Of a DNA stretch of 64,000 nt, positions 55,427 to 64,000 are shown in pieces; positions within the stretch are counted from its first letter, which is position 1; each line of letters begins with the position of its first letter. A program made the position numbers and the translations under genes. A model generated the notes under the pieces. That model did no database searches. It was not told the DNA's origin and worked only from the letters and a program-made list of their open reading frames with translations. The DNA is from an uncultured Desulfarculus sp. (GTDB lineage: Bacteria > Desulfobacterota > Desulfarculia > Desulfarculales > Desulfarculaceae), in assembly GCA_963665125.2 (NCBI GenBank), contig CAXXUK010000001.1, positions 224,001 to 288,000 on the forward strand, read 5' to 3'.

Positions 55427-56671
55427 CCCTTCCAGGATGTGCACGCACATGGCGGCCTCTTCAAAGCCGAGGTTGCCGCCGCCGTTTTCGGCAAGGGCGA
55501 TGCGGCAGCCCTCGACCTGCCTTGGCCCTGCCTCGTGGCGTAGCTGCGTTACCAACTCGTGTATCTGCCCCAGGCCCGAAGCCCCCACCGGATGGCCGCG
55601 GGATTCCAGGCCGCCGGAGGGGTTGATCGGCAGCTTGCCGCCCAGGCGCGTGGCGCCGCTCATGGCAAAGGGGCCGCCCTCTCCCGAGGGGCAAAATCCC
55701 AGGACCTCGCACTGGGCCACTTCGCCGAAGGCCGTGGCGTCGTGCACCTCGGCCAGGTCGATATCCCGGGGGCCCAGCCCAGCCATTTCATAGGCCCTGC
55801 GGCCCAGCCGGGCCCCAATACAGCGGTCCAGGTCGCCGATCGGGCGGTCTATTCCGGAGCCGAGCACCGAGGCCCTGATCTTCACCGCCCGGGACGAACC
55901 CAATTTTTTGAGGTAATCGGCGGAGCAGACCACCGCCGCAGCCGCGCCGTCTCCCACCGGCGCGCACATGGGCACGGTAAGGGGGTAGACCACCGGCCGC
56001 GCCGCCAGAATCTCCTCCACGCTCATGTCTTTGCGGAACTGGGCCTTGGGGTTGAGTGAACCGTGGAAGTGGTTCTTGCTGGCTATGAATGCCAACTGCT
56101 CCTGGGTGGTGCCGAAAGTGGCCATGTGCCAGCGGCACATCCCGGCGTATACGTCCATGAATGCGCTACGGCTCTTGCCCGCCCCATCGTTGTCTGTCTC
56201 TACCTGAATTTTCAGATCAAGATCGTCGAGCACACCACGCCACATGGCGAAATGGGTTGCTATCTCCGCCACGTCAACCCCGGAGTTGTAGGCCTGGAAG
56301 GTTTTGATCTTGTCTTGGTTGTAGAGCTTTTCCATGCCCACGGCCATGGCGCAGTCGTACATCCCCGCGGCCACCCCCTGCCAGGCCAGGTGAAAGGCGG
56401 TGGCTCCGCCGGCGCAGGCGTTTTCCACGTTGGTGATGGGGATGCCCTGTAGGCCCAGGGGCCTGAGAGCCACCTGACCACGGATGCAGTGCTGGTTCTC
56501 GAACCAGCCCCACGCGGAATTGGAAAAGATCGCGGTTTCTATTTGTCTCGCGGCCACCCCTGCGTCTTTCAAGGTGTCGCCAACGGCTTCGGCAACCAAA
56601 TGCTTTTCGCTTCGGTCCAGGTGTTTGGCAAATTGGGTCATGCCAACGCCGATCACATATACATCGCGCAT
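55412..56671 (-). CDS. Non-canonical (SCP2-type) thiolase
   Basis: VENACAGG, EVHDA, NPSGGL.SRGHPVGASG, ENGGG (no C-terminal Cys). Confidence 0.9.
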   Translation of the reverse strand: MRDVYVIGVGMTQFAKHLDRSEKHLVAEAVGDTLKDAGVAARQIETAIFSNSAWGWFENQHCIRGQVALRPLGLQGIPITNVENACAGGATAFHLAWQGVAAGMYDCAMAVGMEKLYNQDKIKTFQAYNSGVDVAEIATHFAMWRGVLDDLDLKIQVETDNDGAGKSRSAFMDVYAGMCRWHMATFGTTQEQLAFIASKNHFHGSLNPKAQFRKDMSVEEILAARPVVYPLTVPMCAPVGDGAAAAVVCSADYLKKLGSSRAVKIRASVLGSGIDRPIGDLDRCIGARLGRRAYEMAGLGPRDIDLAEVHDATAFGEVAQCEVLGFCPSGEGGPFAMSGATRLGGKLPINPSGGLESRGHPVGASGLGQIHELVTQLRHEAGPRQVEGCRIALAENGGGNLGFEEAAMCVHILEGLTRC

Positions 56672-56680
56672 GCCCGCTCC

Positions 56681-58039
56681 CTATTTGCCCTCGTAGAGTT
56701 TTTCGAAGACCTGGCCCTTGTAATGGCTGCGCTCCAGGGAACCCGGCTCGGCCCAGATAATCTTGGGGTTGATCTTGAGCTTGCGGCTCATGGTCTCGGC
56801 CAGTTCCTTTTCCAAAGCCTCCAGGGCGGAGCCTTCCACCCCCTGGGCGTGCTCCACCCGGATCTTCAGGGGCGGAACCACCCTTGGCGGCTTTTCGTCC
56901 AAAACGATGCGCATCTCGCCGGTGACCCTGGGCAAGAATTCGTTGACCACGCCCTTGATGTGGCTGGGGTAGACCATTACGCCCTTGACCTTGAGCATGT
57001 CGTCGGCCCGGCCGATGACCTTGTAGCGGAAGCCCGTGCGGCCGCAGGGGCAGGGGGCGGTGAAGACCTGATGGATGTCTCCCATGCCCTGGCGCATCCA
57101 GACAAAGCCGTCTCCGACCAGGGTGGTGAACAGGGCCTCGCCCTTGGCCCCGTTTTCCAAAGGGATTGGCTCCCTGGTCTCCGGGTCGACCAACTCGTAG
57201 TAGGCCAGGTCGTCGCCGAGCCAGTGCATGCCTTGATACTCTTCATGGTCGCAGGAGCATCCGAAGCCCGCGCCCGCGTCGAATACCCGGCAGCCATAGG
57301 CTTCTTCCAGCTTTTTACGTACTTCTGGAATGCCCGCTCCCGGTTCGCCGCCCAGAAACAGGGCCTTGAACCCCAACTCGCTCACCGGTTTGCCCAGGAT
57401 CTTGGGGCATTGCTCGATGAGGTATTCGGCCAGGGATGGCGTGCCGGAGTAGACCGTGCCCCGGAAAAGGCTTTGCATCAGCAAAATGCGCTCGCTTTTG
57501 GCTTCGGCGCCTACCGGCAGCATGGTGGAGCCAAGCTTCTGCATGCCCATCATGCTGGGCACCCCGGCGATGACCATGGAAAGGGCAAAACACCACAGGA
57601 CGCGGTCGTTGGGCCGGATTCCGGCCCGCCAGGCGCCACGGGCCCCGGATTCACCCCACAGGTCGGTGATGTCGAAGTTGGTCAGGGGGTACGGCGTGGG
57701 GATGCCGGTGGTGCCGGTGGTGGTGGCCAGGTAGTCGATTTCGTCGATGGGGACCGGCATGATCTGGTCCAGGGCCTTGAGGATGTCGCCGCCGCATTCG
57801 CCGACCAATGCTATCAGTGACGCCTTGTCAAACGGTCTTATCTTCTCCTTGAACTCATCAAAGCCGGACAACTGATCGGGAACGAGCCCGGCCTCCTTGA
57901 ACATTTTGGCGTAAAAGGGCGCATTGGCCTCCATGCGCCCCAGCATGACTTTGAGCTTTTTTAGCTGGATCTGCTCCATCTGGGGAGTGTTCAACAGCGG
58001 CTCTATTTCCATATTCCAATATTGTCTGTTTTGGTCCAT
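56681..58039 (-). CDS. Phenylacetate-CoA-ligase-family (PaaK-like) ligase
   Basis: TTGTTG.P, GTPSLA, GGEPG, ELVDPET, CPCGRT, GRADDMLKVKGV.VYP. Confidence 0.88.
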   Translation of the reverse strand: MDQNRQYWNMEIEPLLNTPQMEQIQLKKLKVMLGRMEANAPFYAKMFKEAGLVPDQLSGFDEFKEKIRPFDKASLIALVGECGGDILKALDQIMPVPIDEIDYLATTTGTTGIPTPYPLTNFDITDLWGESGARGAWRAGIRPNDRVLWCFALSMVIAGVPSMMGMQKLGSTMLPVGAEAKSERILLMQSLFRGTVYSGTPSLAEYLIEQCPKILGKPVSELGFKALFLGGEPGAGIPEVRKKLEEAYGCRVFDAGAGFGCSCDHEEYQGMHWLGDDLAYYELVDPETREPIPLENGAKGEALFTTLVGDGFVWMRQGMGDIHQVFTAPCPCGRTGFRYKVIGRADDMLKVKGVMVYPSHIKGVVNEFLPRVTGEMRIVLDEKPPRVVPPLKIRVEHAQGVEGSALEALEKELAETMSRKLKINPKIIWAEPGSLERSHYKGQVFEKLYEGK

Positions 58040-58116
58040 CTGATAATTACTCCGCGTGATTCATTTCGGTGCCTGTTCTTTGGTGTCGGTGGTTTGTCGA
58101 ACCCGCCGGCCTCCTG

Positions 58117-59385
58117 CTAGAAATCCAGGGGCGGGCGCGGGTAGTCTTCCTTCAGCAAATGGCCGCCGTGGCGCTGAAGGGTTTCATTGTTGCCGTCTTC
58201 GATAAGGGAGGCCCTGGAATCGCGGAAGAGCTTTTCGATGAGGTATTCCTTGGTCAGGCCGTTGCCTCCGAAGAGCTGGACAGAGTCGTGGGCGTTGCGG
58301 TAGGCCATCTCGGTGCATTGGGTCTTGGCCACCAGCGAGTATTCAGTCACCGGCGGAGACACGTTGAGGTTCAGGTTCAGCACGGCCCGTGACAGGGCCC
58401 GGCAGGTTTCCGTGCGGGCGAACAGCTTGAAGACCCGCTGCTTGGTGGTGTAGTGCTCGATGATGGGGCGGCCGCCCTGGACCCTTTCCTTGGCGTATTC
58501 AAGTGATTCCTCAAAGGCCGCCCGGGCCACACCGGTGGACCAGCAGGCCATGGACATGTTGGCCGAGGCCAGGATCATGTCCAACAGTGGCACGTAAAAG
58601 TCGGGTTCAACCAGCATGTGGTTTTGGGGCACGTGAACGTTATCGAAAAAAATTTCGCCCTGGTTCAGGTCGCGCTGGCCGATCTTTTCCAGCGGTTTGC
58701 CCTTGGCCACCCCCGGCAGATCCAGGGGAACCATGCATACGCCGTTTCCGGTGAAGCCCAGGGAAGGGTCGATCTGCACGTGCAGCAGGGTGTGGGTGGC
58801 GATGGTGCCGCCGGAGACCCAGGCTGATTTCTGGCCGTTAAGCACCCAGTCGTCGCCATCCAGCCGGGCCTGGAGGCTGCCGCGCAATTTTGACGATTCG
58901 AACCATTCCTCGCCCATGCCCACGCTGTCTGAGCCGTGGTCCGGTTCGGTGATGCCCCAGCATCCCCTGATGCTGCCGTCGGTGCACTCGGCGAACGGCA
59001 CCACGTATTTGTCGACCAGCTCCTCGTTGCCGTTCATGCAGATAAAGGCAAAGGGGAAGGCACCGACGGCCAGCATCACCGACAGGCCGATGCTGCCCCA
59101 ACCCATTTCCTCGTAGACCAGGTGGGTTTGCAGCGGGGTTAGGCCCAGGCCGCCGTAGTACTCCGGCAGGAGGATCGTATGGTAGCCGAGTTGGTAGGCC
59201 TGCTTCCAAAATTCCCACATGGGCGACCCTTCGGCGATGGCCTCCTCGCCGGTCATCGCGTCCAGTTCCCTGGCCACGGGGCGCATGACCTCTTTGGCGA
59301 ATTTGTGGGCCGCTTCGCGCAGGGCGATGTCCTCATCGGTCAATTCGATGTTCATGTCGAAATATCCGTTGATGCTCATTTCCAC
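58117..59385 (-). CDS. Acyl-CoA dehydrogenase
   Basis: ITEPDHGSD, LNGQK.WVS, YAKERVQGG, QLFGGNG, IEDG.NE. Confidence 0.95.
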   Translation of the reverse strand: MEMSINGYFDMNIELTDEDIALREAAHKFAKEVMRPVARELDAMTGEEAIAEGSPMWEFWKQAYQLGYHTILLPEYYGGLGLTPLQTHLVYEEMGWGSIGLSVMLAVGAFPFAFICMNGNEELVDKYVVPFAECTDGSIRGCWGITEPDHGSDSVGMGEEWFESSKLRGSLQARLDGDDWVLNGQKSAWVSGGTIATHTLLHVQIDPSLGFTGNGVCMVPLDLPGVAKGKPLEKIGQRDLNQGEIFFDNVHVPQNHMLVEPDFYVPLLDMILASANMSMACWSTGVARAAFEESLEYAKERVQGGRPIIEHYTTKQRVFKLFARTETCRALSRAVLNLNLNVSPPVTEYSLVAKTQCTEMAYRNAHDSVQLFGGNGLTKEYLIEKLFRDSRASLIEDGNNETLQRHGGHLLKEDYPRPPLDF

Positions 59386-59428
59386 TCCTCATGATTCAAA
59401 TTGGTTTTGAAAGGTGCGACGGGCCGGT

Positions 59429-59827
59429 TCAGTTCAGGGGCACGCCGTATTTTTGGCAATACTCCGGATAGAGATCCCGGCCGGAGCTGAGGAGCGGCAG
59501 TATCTGCATGACCTTGCCCACGGGGCCTTTGGCCTTTATCTTGCGGGTCGCTATGGCCTTGGGAATGTTGACCCGGTTGAGCCAGAAATTATGGACCGTG
59601 TTACCGCTCATCTTCATGACAACGGTTGGTTTCTGGGCGCTGGCATCGTCGCCGAACTTGGGGCCGTTGCTGTCGATGTACATGACCACGTCCGGGTCGT
59701 TGACGTAGAACGTCATGGAAACGCCGAGAGCCTTGAGTTTGGTGCCAAACTCGGTCTCGTTGATCAGTTTCACCCAGAGATCGCCGAACAACTCTTCAGC
59801 CAGGGCCGTATTGGTATAAATTGCCAT
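59429..59827 (-). CDS. SCP2 (sterol-carrier-like) domain protein
   Basis: HNFWLNRVNIPKAIATRKIKAKG motif; GAGGGA RBS before ATG at 59827. Confidence 0.8.
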   Translation of the reverse strand: MAIYTNTALAEELFGDLWVKLINETEFGTKLKALGVSMTFYVNDPDVVMYIDSNGPKFGDDASAQKPTVVMKMSGNTVHNFWLNRVNIPKAIATRKIKAKGPVGKVMQILPLLSSGRDLYPEYCQKYGVPLN

Positions 59828-59885
59828 GTTATCCCTCTCTTTGATCCTATTTCGACAAAGCGTTAATAACTGTTTGGCACTGTTA

Positions 59886-59901
59886 AGCAACGCCCATGCC
59901 A
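59886..59901 (-). promoter_or_regulatory. Sigma54 -24/-12 promoter for the SCP2-ACAD operon
   Basis: Minus strand TGGCATGGGCGTTGCT followed upstream by an AT-rich IHF-like tract. Confidence 0.85.
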
Positions 59902-60045
59902 AAAATAGTTGCAAGATAAAATATTGAAAATAAAGTAAAAATAAAAACTATGGTCCAGAGGTGAAAATAATTGTTGAAATGCGGACGCCATTTCTGACTC
60001 AATTAGATCACTTGATTACAGGTCAATCGGTTGAAGGAGAGGGCG

Positions 60046-63000
60046 ATGCCGGTAACAACACAGCAGCAAAAACCGGAAAGCGGCGGGACAATGTTCAGCG
60101 ATGAACAATGGCGTTTCCTGGCCGTGGTGGACATCCTGGGTGAGTCGGCCCTTTTAGATGTGGTCGGGGAGGTGGTGCCTTTAAAGCCGGGGCCCTTGTT
60201 TATGTTGCTGGATACGGCAAAGGACATGGGTTGGCTCAAGCAGGACGCCGCTCATCGGCTCGGCCTCACCAAAGATGTTCCCGCCTGGGCATTGGATAAA
60301 ATGCGGGAAATTGGCCGGAACGAAGACCTGGGCTCGGTTCTGGACAAGCTTTGCGACCTGGGTGCGGAAAAACAATTGTCCTCCCGGGACTATTTGGATT
60401 TGCTGCGCCGATGCGGCAGGCACGAGGGACTTGCCGAGGCGTTGTTGGGCCAAGCCTACGAATCGCTGGTGGACAAGGACTACCACTCGGCATGGGACGG
60501 GCTGGCGTCCGCTTTGGATACGATTCGGACGCACCTTGACGCCAACCGCATGACCTCTGAATTCATCTCCGGAGCCCTGGATTTTTCCAACCTGTCGTTT
60601 TTGCTGGGCAAGGGCTTTGCCAAGCTTCCGGAGTTGTTGCTGCGGGCCCAGGAACTCAGCGCTTTGCTGGGCGATCAACGGTCCCATGCCTTGATCAACC
60701 TTCATCTGGGCAGGATCTTCTATTTTTCGAACCGGCGAAAGGATGCCCTGCTGGCCTTGAATGTCGGCCTGACCGAGGTGGAAGACCTGGGGGACTATGA
60801 AATGAAATGCCGCGCCGCCGAGTTCCTGGGCTTGTGCTACTACATGCAGGGCATGTTCAGGGAAGCGCGCACGCATCTGGAAAGAGCTGATGAGCTTTAT
60901 GGCAACCCTGGCCCGTTCACCGTTCCAGCACCCATGGCGCCGTTGCTGTTGGGATATTGTTTGATCTACCTGGGAGAAATGCATCAGGCCCTGGGCAGTT
61001 TGGATTGCAACTGGCGGCTGGCCATGGAACGTGGAGAACACGCCTTGGCCTCGGCGCTGAGGTCAACGCTGGGCACGCTGCTGGTTCTGCTGAATAAAAA
61101 GCGGGAGGCCAAGGTCCACCTGGAGGCGGCGTTGGAGCAGGCCACATCCATCGGCAGCGACCTGACCCAATACCTGATAAGCGGTGGTATCGCCATGGGC
61201 CATATGCTTGACGGAGAAGCAACCAAGGCCCGGCAGGTGTTGGAAAAGTCCTTCAGGCGTAGCGCCGAAATCGGAATGGCCCGCCAGTATTCCTCTCCCT
61301 GGATTCTGGAGATGACGTTCAAAATGGAGCGGTTAGGGTTGCCGCCAGTTAAAAACCATGGTTTCAGCGAGGCCGTCGAACAGATTTGGCAGGAGGAAAA
61401 CGTCCATCTCAAGGGCGTGGCCCTGCGCCTTCAGGCAAAACTGGCCCAGGAGGGCGGCCGCAAGCCTGAGGCGATAACGGCGATGTTTGAAAAGAGCATG
61501 GAATATCTCCAGTGTTCGGGAGACTCCGTGCAGTTGGCCAAGACGCTATTGGCCATGGCGCGGCACCAGAAGTCCATGGGCCGGGGTGATGAGGCCCGAA
61601 CTTTGGCCAAGAGGGCCTGGAACACCCTCGGTGGTTATGCCGAGGCGTTTTTCCCGGACGACATGCGGCCACTATTGGAACAGCGGGACCTTTCGGAAAG
61701 CAAGGAGGCGGGCAAACGTGATTTTCTCAACCGCTATTTGGCCCTGATGGAGAGCCTTCTCCCCTTGGAGGATCAGGAGGAAATTCTCTACAAGACCGTG
61801 GCGGCCACCAACCGGCTGTTCGGCGCCGAAAGAGGGGCCTTATTTTGGTTTCCGGGCGGAAAGCCGACCGACACTCCCCTAATCAGGGCCACCGCCAACC
61901 TGACCAAGGGCGAAGTGTCGGGGGACGACTTTAAAGATTTGCTTGATTTGGTGATTCGCTCGTTTAGGGAAAACCGGCCCATCCTGACCAGATTCCATCA
62001 CGGCGCGCCGGCCGGCAACATCCGACACAAGGTAGCCGCCGCCGTGTGTCTGCCCATCACGGTCGGCAACGGACTGCGGGGTGTTTTGTATCACGACAAC
62101 ACCTTCATGGACGACTGCTTCGATTTTTTGGACGAGGCCCTGATCCAGCGGCTTGTGGGGCACATAAGCAGCTATGTTGAACGGATCATAAACGAATCTT
62201 TGCAGGCGCAAAAAAGCGTGGCCCTGGGGCCCGATGTTTCGCTATGTGCGTCCCATAACGACGGCGAAAACCTGGTTTTCCGCAGTTCGGTCATGCAAAG
62301 GCTTATCGGTCAGGTGGACAAGGCCGCCGCCGCCGATTCCAGCATCTTGATTCTGGGCGAAACCGGAGTGGGCAAGGAACTGCTGGCCCGGCGCATACAC
62401 GCCAATAGCGGCCGCGGCGAGGGCGCCTTTGTGGTGGTCGACGCCACGACCATACCGGAGTCCCTTTTCGAAAGCGAACTGTTCGGCCACGAGAAGGGTT
62501 CGTTTACCGGCGCTGACCGCCAGAAGAGAGGGCGTCTGGAATTGGCTGACGGCGGCACCTTGTTCATTGACGAGGTTGGGGAACTGCCGCTTTCCACCCA
62601 GGCCAAGTTTCTGCGGGCGCTGCAAGAAAAATCCTTTTCCCGGGTGGGCGGACTGCGGTCGATCAACTCCGATTTCCGCCTTGTGGCGGCGACCAACCGT
62701 GATCTCGCCGCCCAGGTTTCGGCGGGCCGGTTCCGGGAAGACCTCTACTACCGGTTGAACGTCGTGCCTGTCACCCTGCCGCCTTTGCGGGAGCGCAAAG
62801 AGGATATCGCCTACTTGGCCCAATTCTTTTTGCAGCGTTACGCCAAGAAATACAACAGGGCCGATCTGCTGCTTTTCCCGGAGCAACAGGCAAAGTTGGA
62901 GGGTTATTTCTGGCCGGGCAATGTGCGCGAATTGGAGAATGTCATGGAGCGGGCTGTTTTGCTTTCCGCCGACCGGCTTGAGGTGAATCTGCCTCTGGAT

Positions 63001-63192
63001 GTCGGCCCCAAGGCTGATTCCCCCTTTGATGGCCGGCCGACCTTGGATGAAATGCAGAGGACCTACATCCGCCAGGTCCTCAATAGCACCAACGGGAAAA
63101 TGGGCGGGCCCGGCGGGGCGGCGGAAATCCTGGGCATGAAAAGGACCAGCCTTTATTCACGAATGAGAGCCTTGGGCATGCTGTCTCAATAA
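60046..63192 (+). CDS. Large sigma54 enhancer-binding protein (TPR-like, GAF, AAA+, HTH), paralogue of 21903..25037
   Basis: GAERGALF…[39 protein letters not shown]. Confidence 0.92.
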   Translation: MPVTTQQQKPESGGTMFSDEQWRFLAVVDILGESALLDVVGEVVPLKPGPLFMLLDTAKDMGWLKQDAAHRLGLTKDVPAWALDKMREIGRNEDLGSVLDKLCDLGAEKQLSSRDYLDLLRRCGRHEGLAEALLGQAYESLVDKDYHSAWDGLASALDTIRTHLDANRMTSEFISGALDFSNLSFLLGKGFAKLPELLLRAQELSALLGDQRSHALINLHLGRIFYFSNRRKDALLALNVGLTEVEDLGDYEMKCRAAEFLGLCYYMQGMFREARTHLERADELYGNPGPFTVPAPMAPLLLGYCLIYLGEMHQALGSLDCNWRLAMERGEHALASALRSTLGTLLVLLNKKREAKVHLEAALEQATSIGSDLTQYLISGGIAMGHMLDGEATKARQVLEKSFRRSAEIGMARQYSSPWILEMTFKMERLGLPPVKNHGFSEAVEQIWQEENVHLKGVALRLQAKLAQEGGRKPEAITAMFEKSMEYLQCSGDSVQLAKTLLAMARHQKSMGRGDEARTLAKRAWNTLGGYAEAFFPDDMRPLLEQRDLSESKEAGKRDFLNRYLALMESLLPLEDQEEILYKTVAATNRLFGAERGALFWFPGGKPTDTPLIRATANLTKGEVSGDDFKDLLDLVIRSFRENRPILTRFHHGAPAGNIRHKVAAAVCLPITVGNGLRGVLYHDNTFMDDCFDFLDEALIQRLVGHISSYVERIINESLQAQKSVALGPDVSLCASHNDGENLVFRSSVMQRLIGQVDKAAAADSSILILGETGVGKELLARRIHANSGRGEGAFVVVDATTIPESLFESELFGHEKGSFTGADRQKRGRLELADGGTLFIDEVGELPLSTQAKFLRALQEKSFSRVGGLRSINSDFRLVAATNRDLAAQVSAGRFREDLYYRLNVVPVTLPPLRERKEDIAYLAQFFLQRYAKKYNRADLLLFPEQQAKLEGYFWPGNVRELENVMERAVLLSADRLEVNLPLDVGPKADSPFDGRPTLDEMQRTYIRQVLNSTNGKMGGPGGAAEILGMKRTSLYSRMRALGMLSQ

Positions 63193-63468
63193 TTGCGGCG
63201 GTTGCCGCCTCTATCCCTATGGCGGCTTGACGCCCGGACTAACGCCGACCACGATAAGGCTTGTTTGGCTAATGGGTTGCGTATGCGGCGTCTTTGAGAG
63301 TCGTCTCCTGGCAGGTATGCTTTTTGTTTTCAGTCACAGCCTGACGCGCGAATGATTAAAAAACCCCCAAAGCGGCTCCGCCGGTGGAGGCATTTTGGTT
63401 GGGGTGAATTAAACGGTTTGTCGCCTGGAGTGGTCGGCAGGCTTGGGTATTTGGGAGCCCTACCTTGA

Positions 63469-63702
63469 TCAGGATTGCCAGGCGTAGACCAGGCCCAAAA
63501 CCGCGCCCAATGTGAAACCAAAGGTGAAACCCAACGAGCTGATTTTGTTTTCGTAATATGGAGTGATCAGACCGCGCTTGCCCAGAAAGCGAGACACCGC
63601 CAAAGCCGCTATCCCGCACAACAAACCGCAAACCAGACTGCCTACAACGCCTGCCAAAATAAAAGGAACTATGGATTTCGAGGCATCGGTCCATGGATTC
63701 AT
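63469..63702 (-). CDS. Small 2-TM hypothetical protein
   Basis: GGAG RBS before ATG; two hydrophobic segments. Confidence 0.5.
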   Translation of the reverse strand: MNPWTDASKSIVPFILAGVVGSLVCGLLCGIAALAVSRFLGKRGLITPYYENKISSLGFTFGFTLGAVLGLVYAWQS

Positions 63703-64000
63703 GATGTCACTCCATACTTTCCGGCACGCCTGTTTGCGGCTTCATCCAGCGCATGGTCCGTTACCCAAGGGCAGTTTCTCTCTTTGGAGGGCAACGGGTC
63801 ATGGTGGCTCAGACGTTCTCCGGGCCACGATCTTATCACATCGGCAGTGTATCACTCCAATTGGTCGGGATCACCGTGCGATACGCCATGATCAGATCTT
63901 GACGAAGGCTCAGGCCTAAGAAACGGCCGGTGGCCTCGTCAAAGAGGGTAAGCCGATCCTCATAAACAAGGGGACAGATCATGGAGCAAAGAGTAAGCAA

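Noticed and set aside
63836..64000. Possible 3' end of a minus-strand CDS entering from the window edge
   Set aside because: Only 54 open codons with no recognisable motif; cannot be supported

Overview
GC-rich bacterial chromosomal window. Gene content (many sigma54 activators, AORs, Tmc/Dsr-like membrane redox pair, TRAP transporters) suggests an anaerobic Desulfobacterota (deltaproteobacterium); this is inference. No rRNA, tRNA, CRISPR or intact mobile element was seen. The window is a series of regulated cassettes. (1) 5.8-12.1 kb: a sigma54 two-component system flanked by two sigma54-promoted pairs of uncharacterised exported proteins (two MamS/MamX-like OB-fold proteins, one with a poly-Gly linker; a DxDGDGVCD-repeat protein; a TPR + beta-barrel protein). 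(2) 12.2-18.3 kb: a putative sulfur-trafficking locus (DsrE2, TusA, TmcC/TmcB-like pair, Cys-rich MarR, ArsR, FadL-type channel, thioredoxin). (3) 18.5-32.7 kb: two operons with near-identical sigma54 promoter/IHF/enhancer architecture around a giant TPR-GAF activator, encoding a TRAP transporter, a class I benzoyl-CoA-reductase/2-hydroxyacyl-CoA-dehydratase-like O-N-P-Q set with an apparently Cys-depleted N subunit, a CaiB/AMACR-like enzyme, a CoA ligase and a near-leaderless STAS protein. (4) An 8-PAS kinase with its response regulator. (5) 39-51 kb: a two-AOR regulon with a shared 17-bp motif, one AOR having a divergent active site. (6) 53-63 kb: an SCP2/ACAD/PaaK-like/thiolase/SDR catabolic operon containing an IS-end-like multi-hairpin insert, driven by a second giant activator. 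All product calls come from motif recognition by eye, not from database searches.
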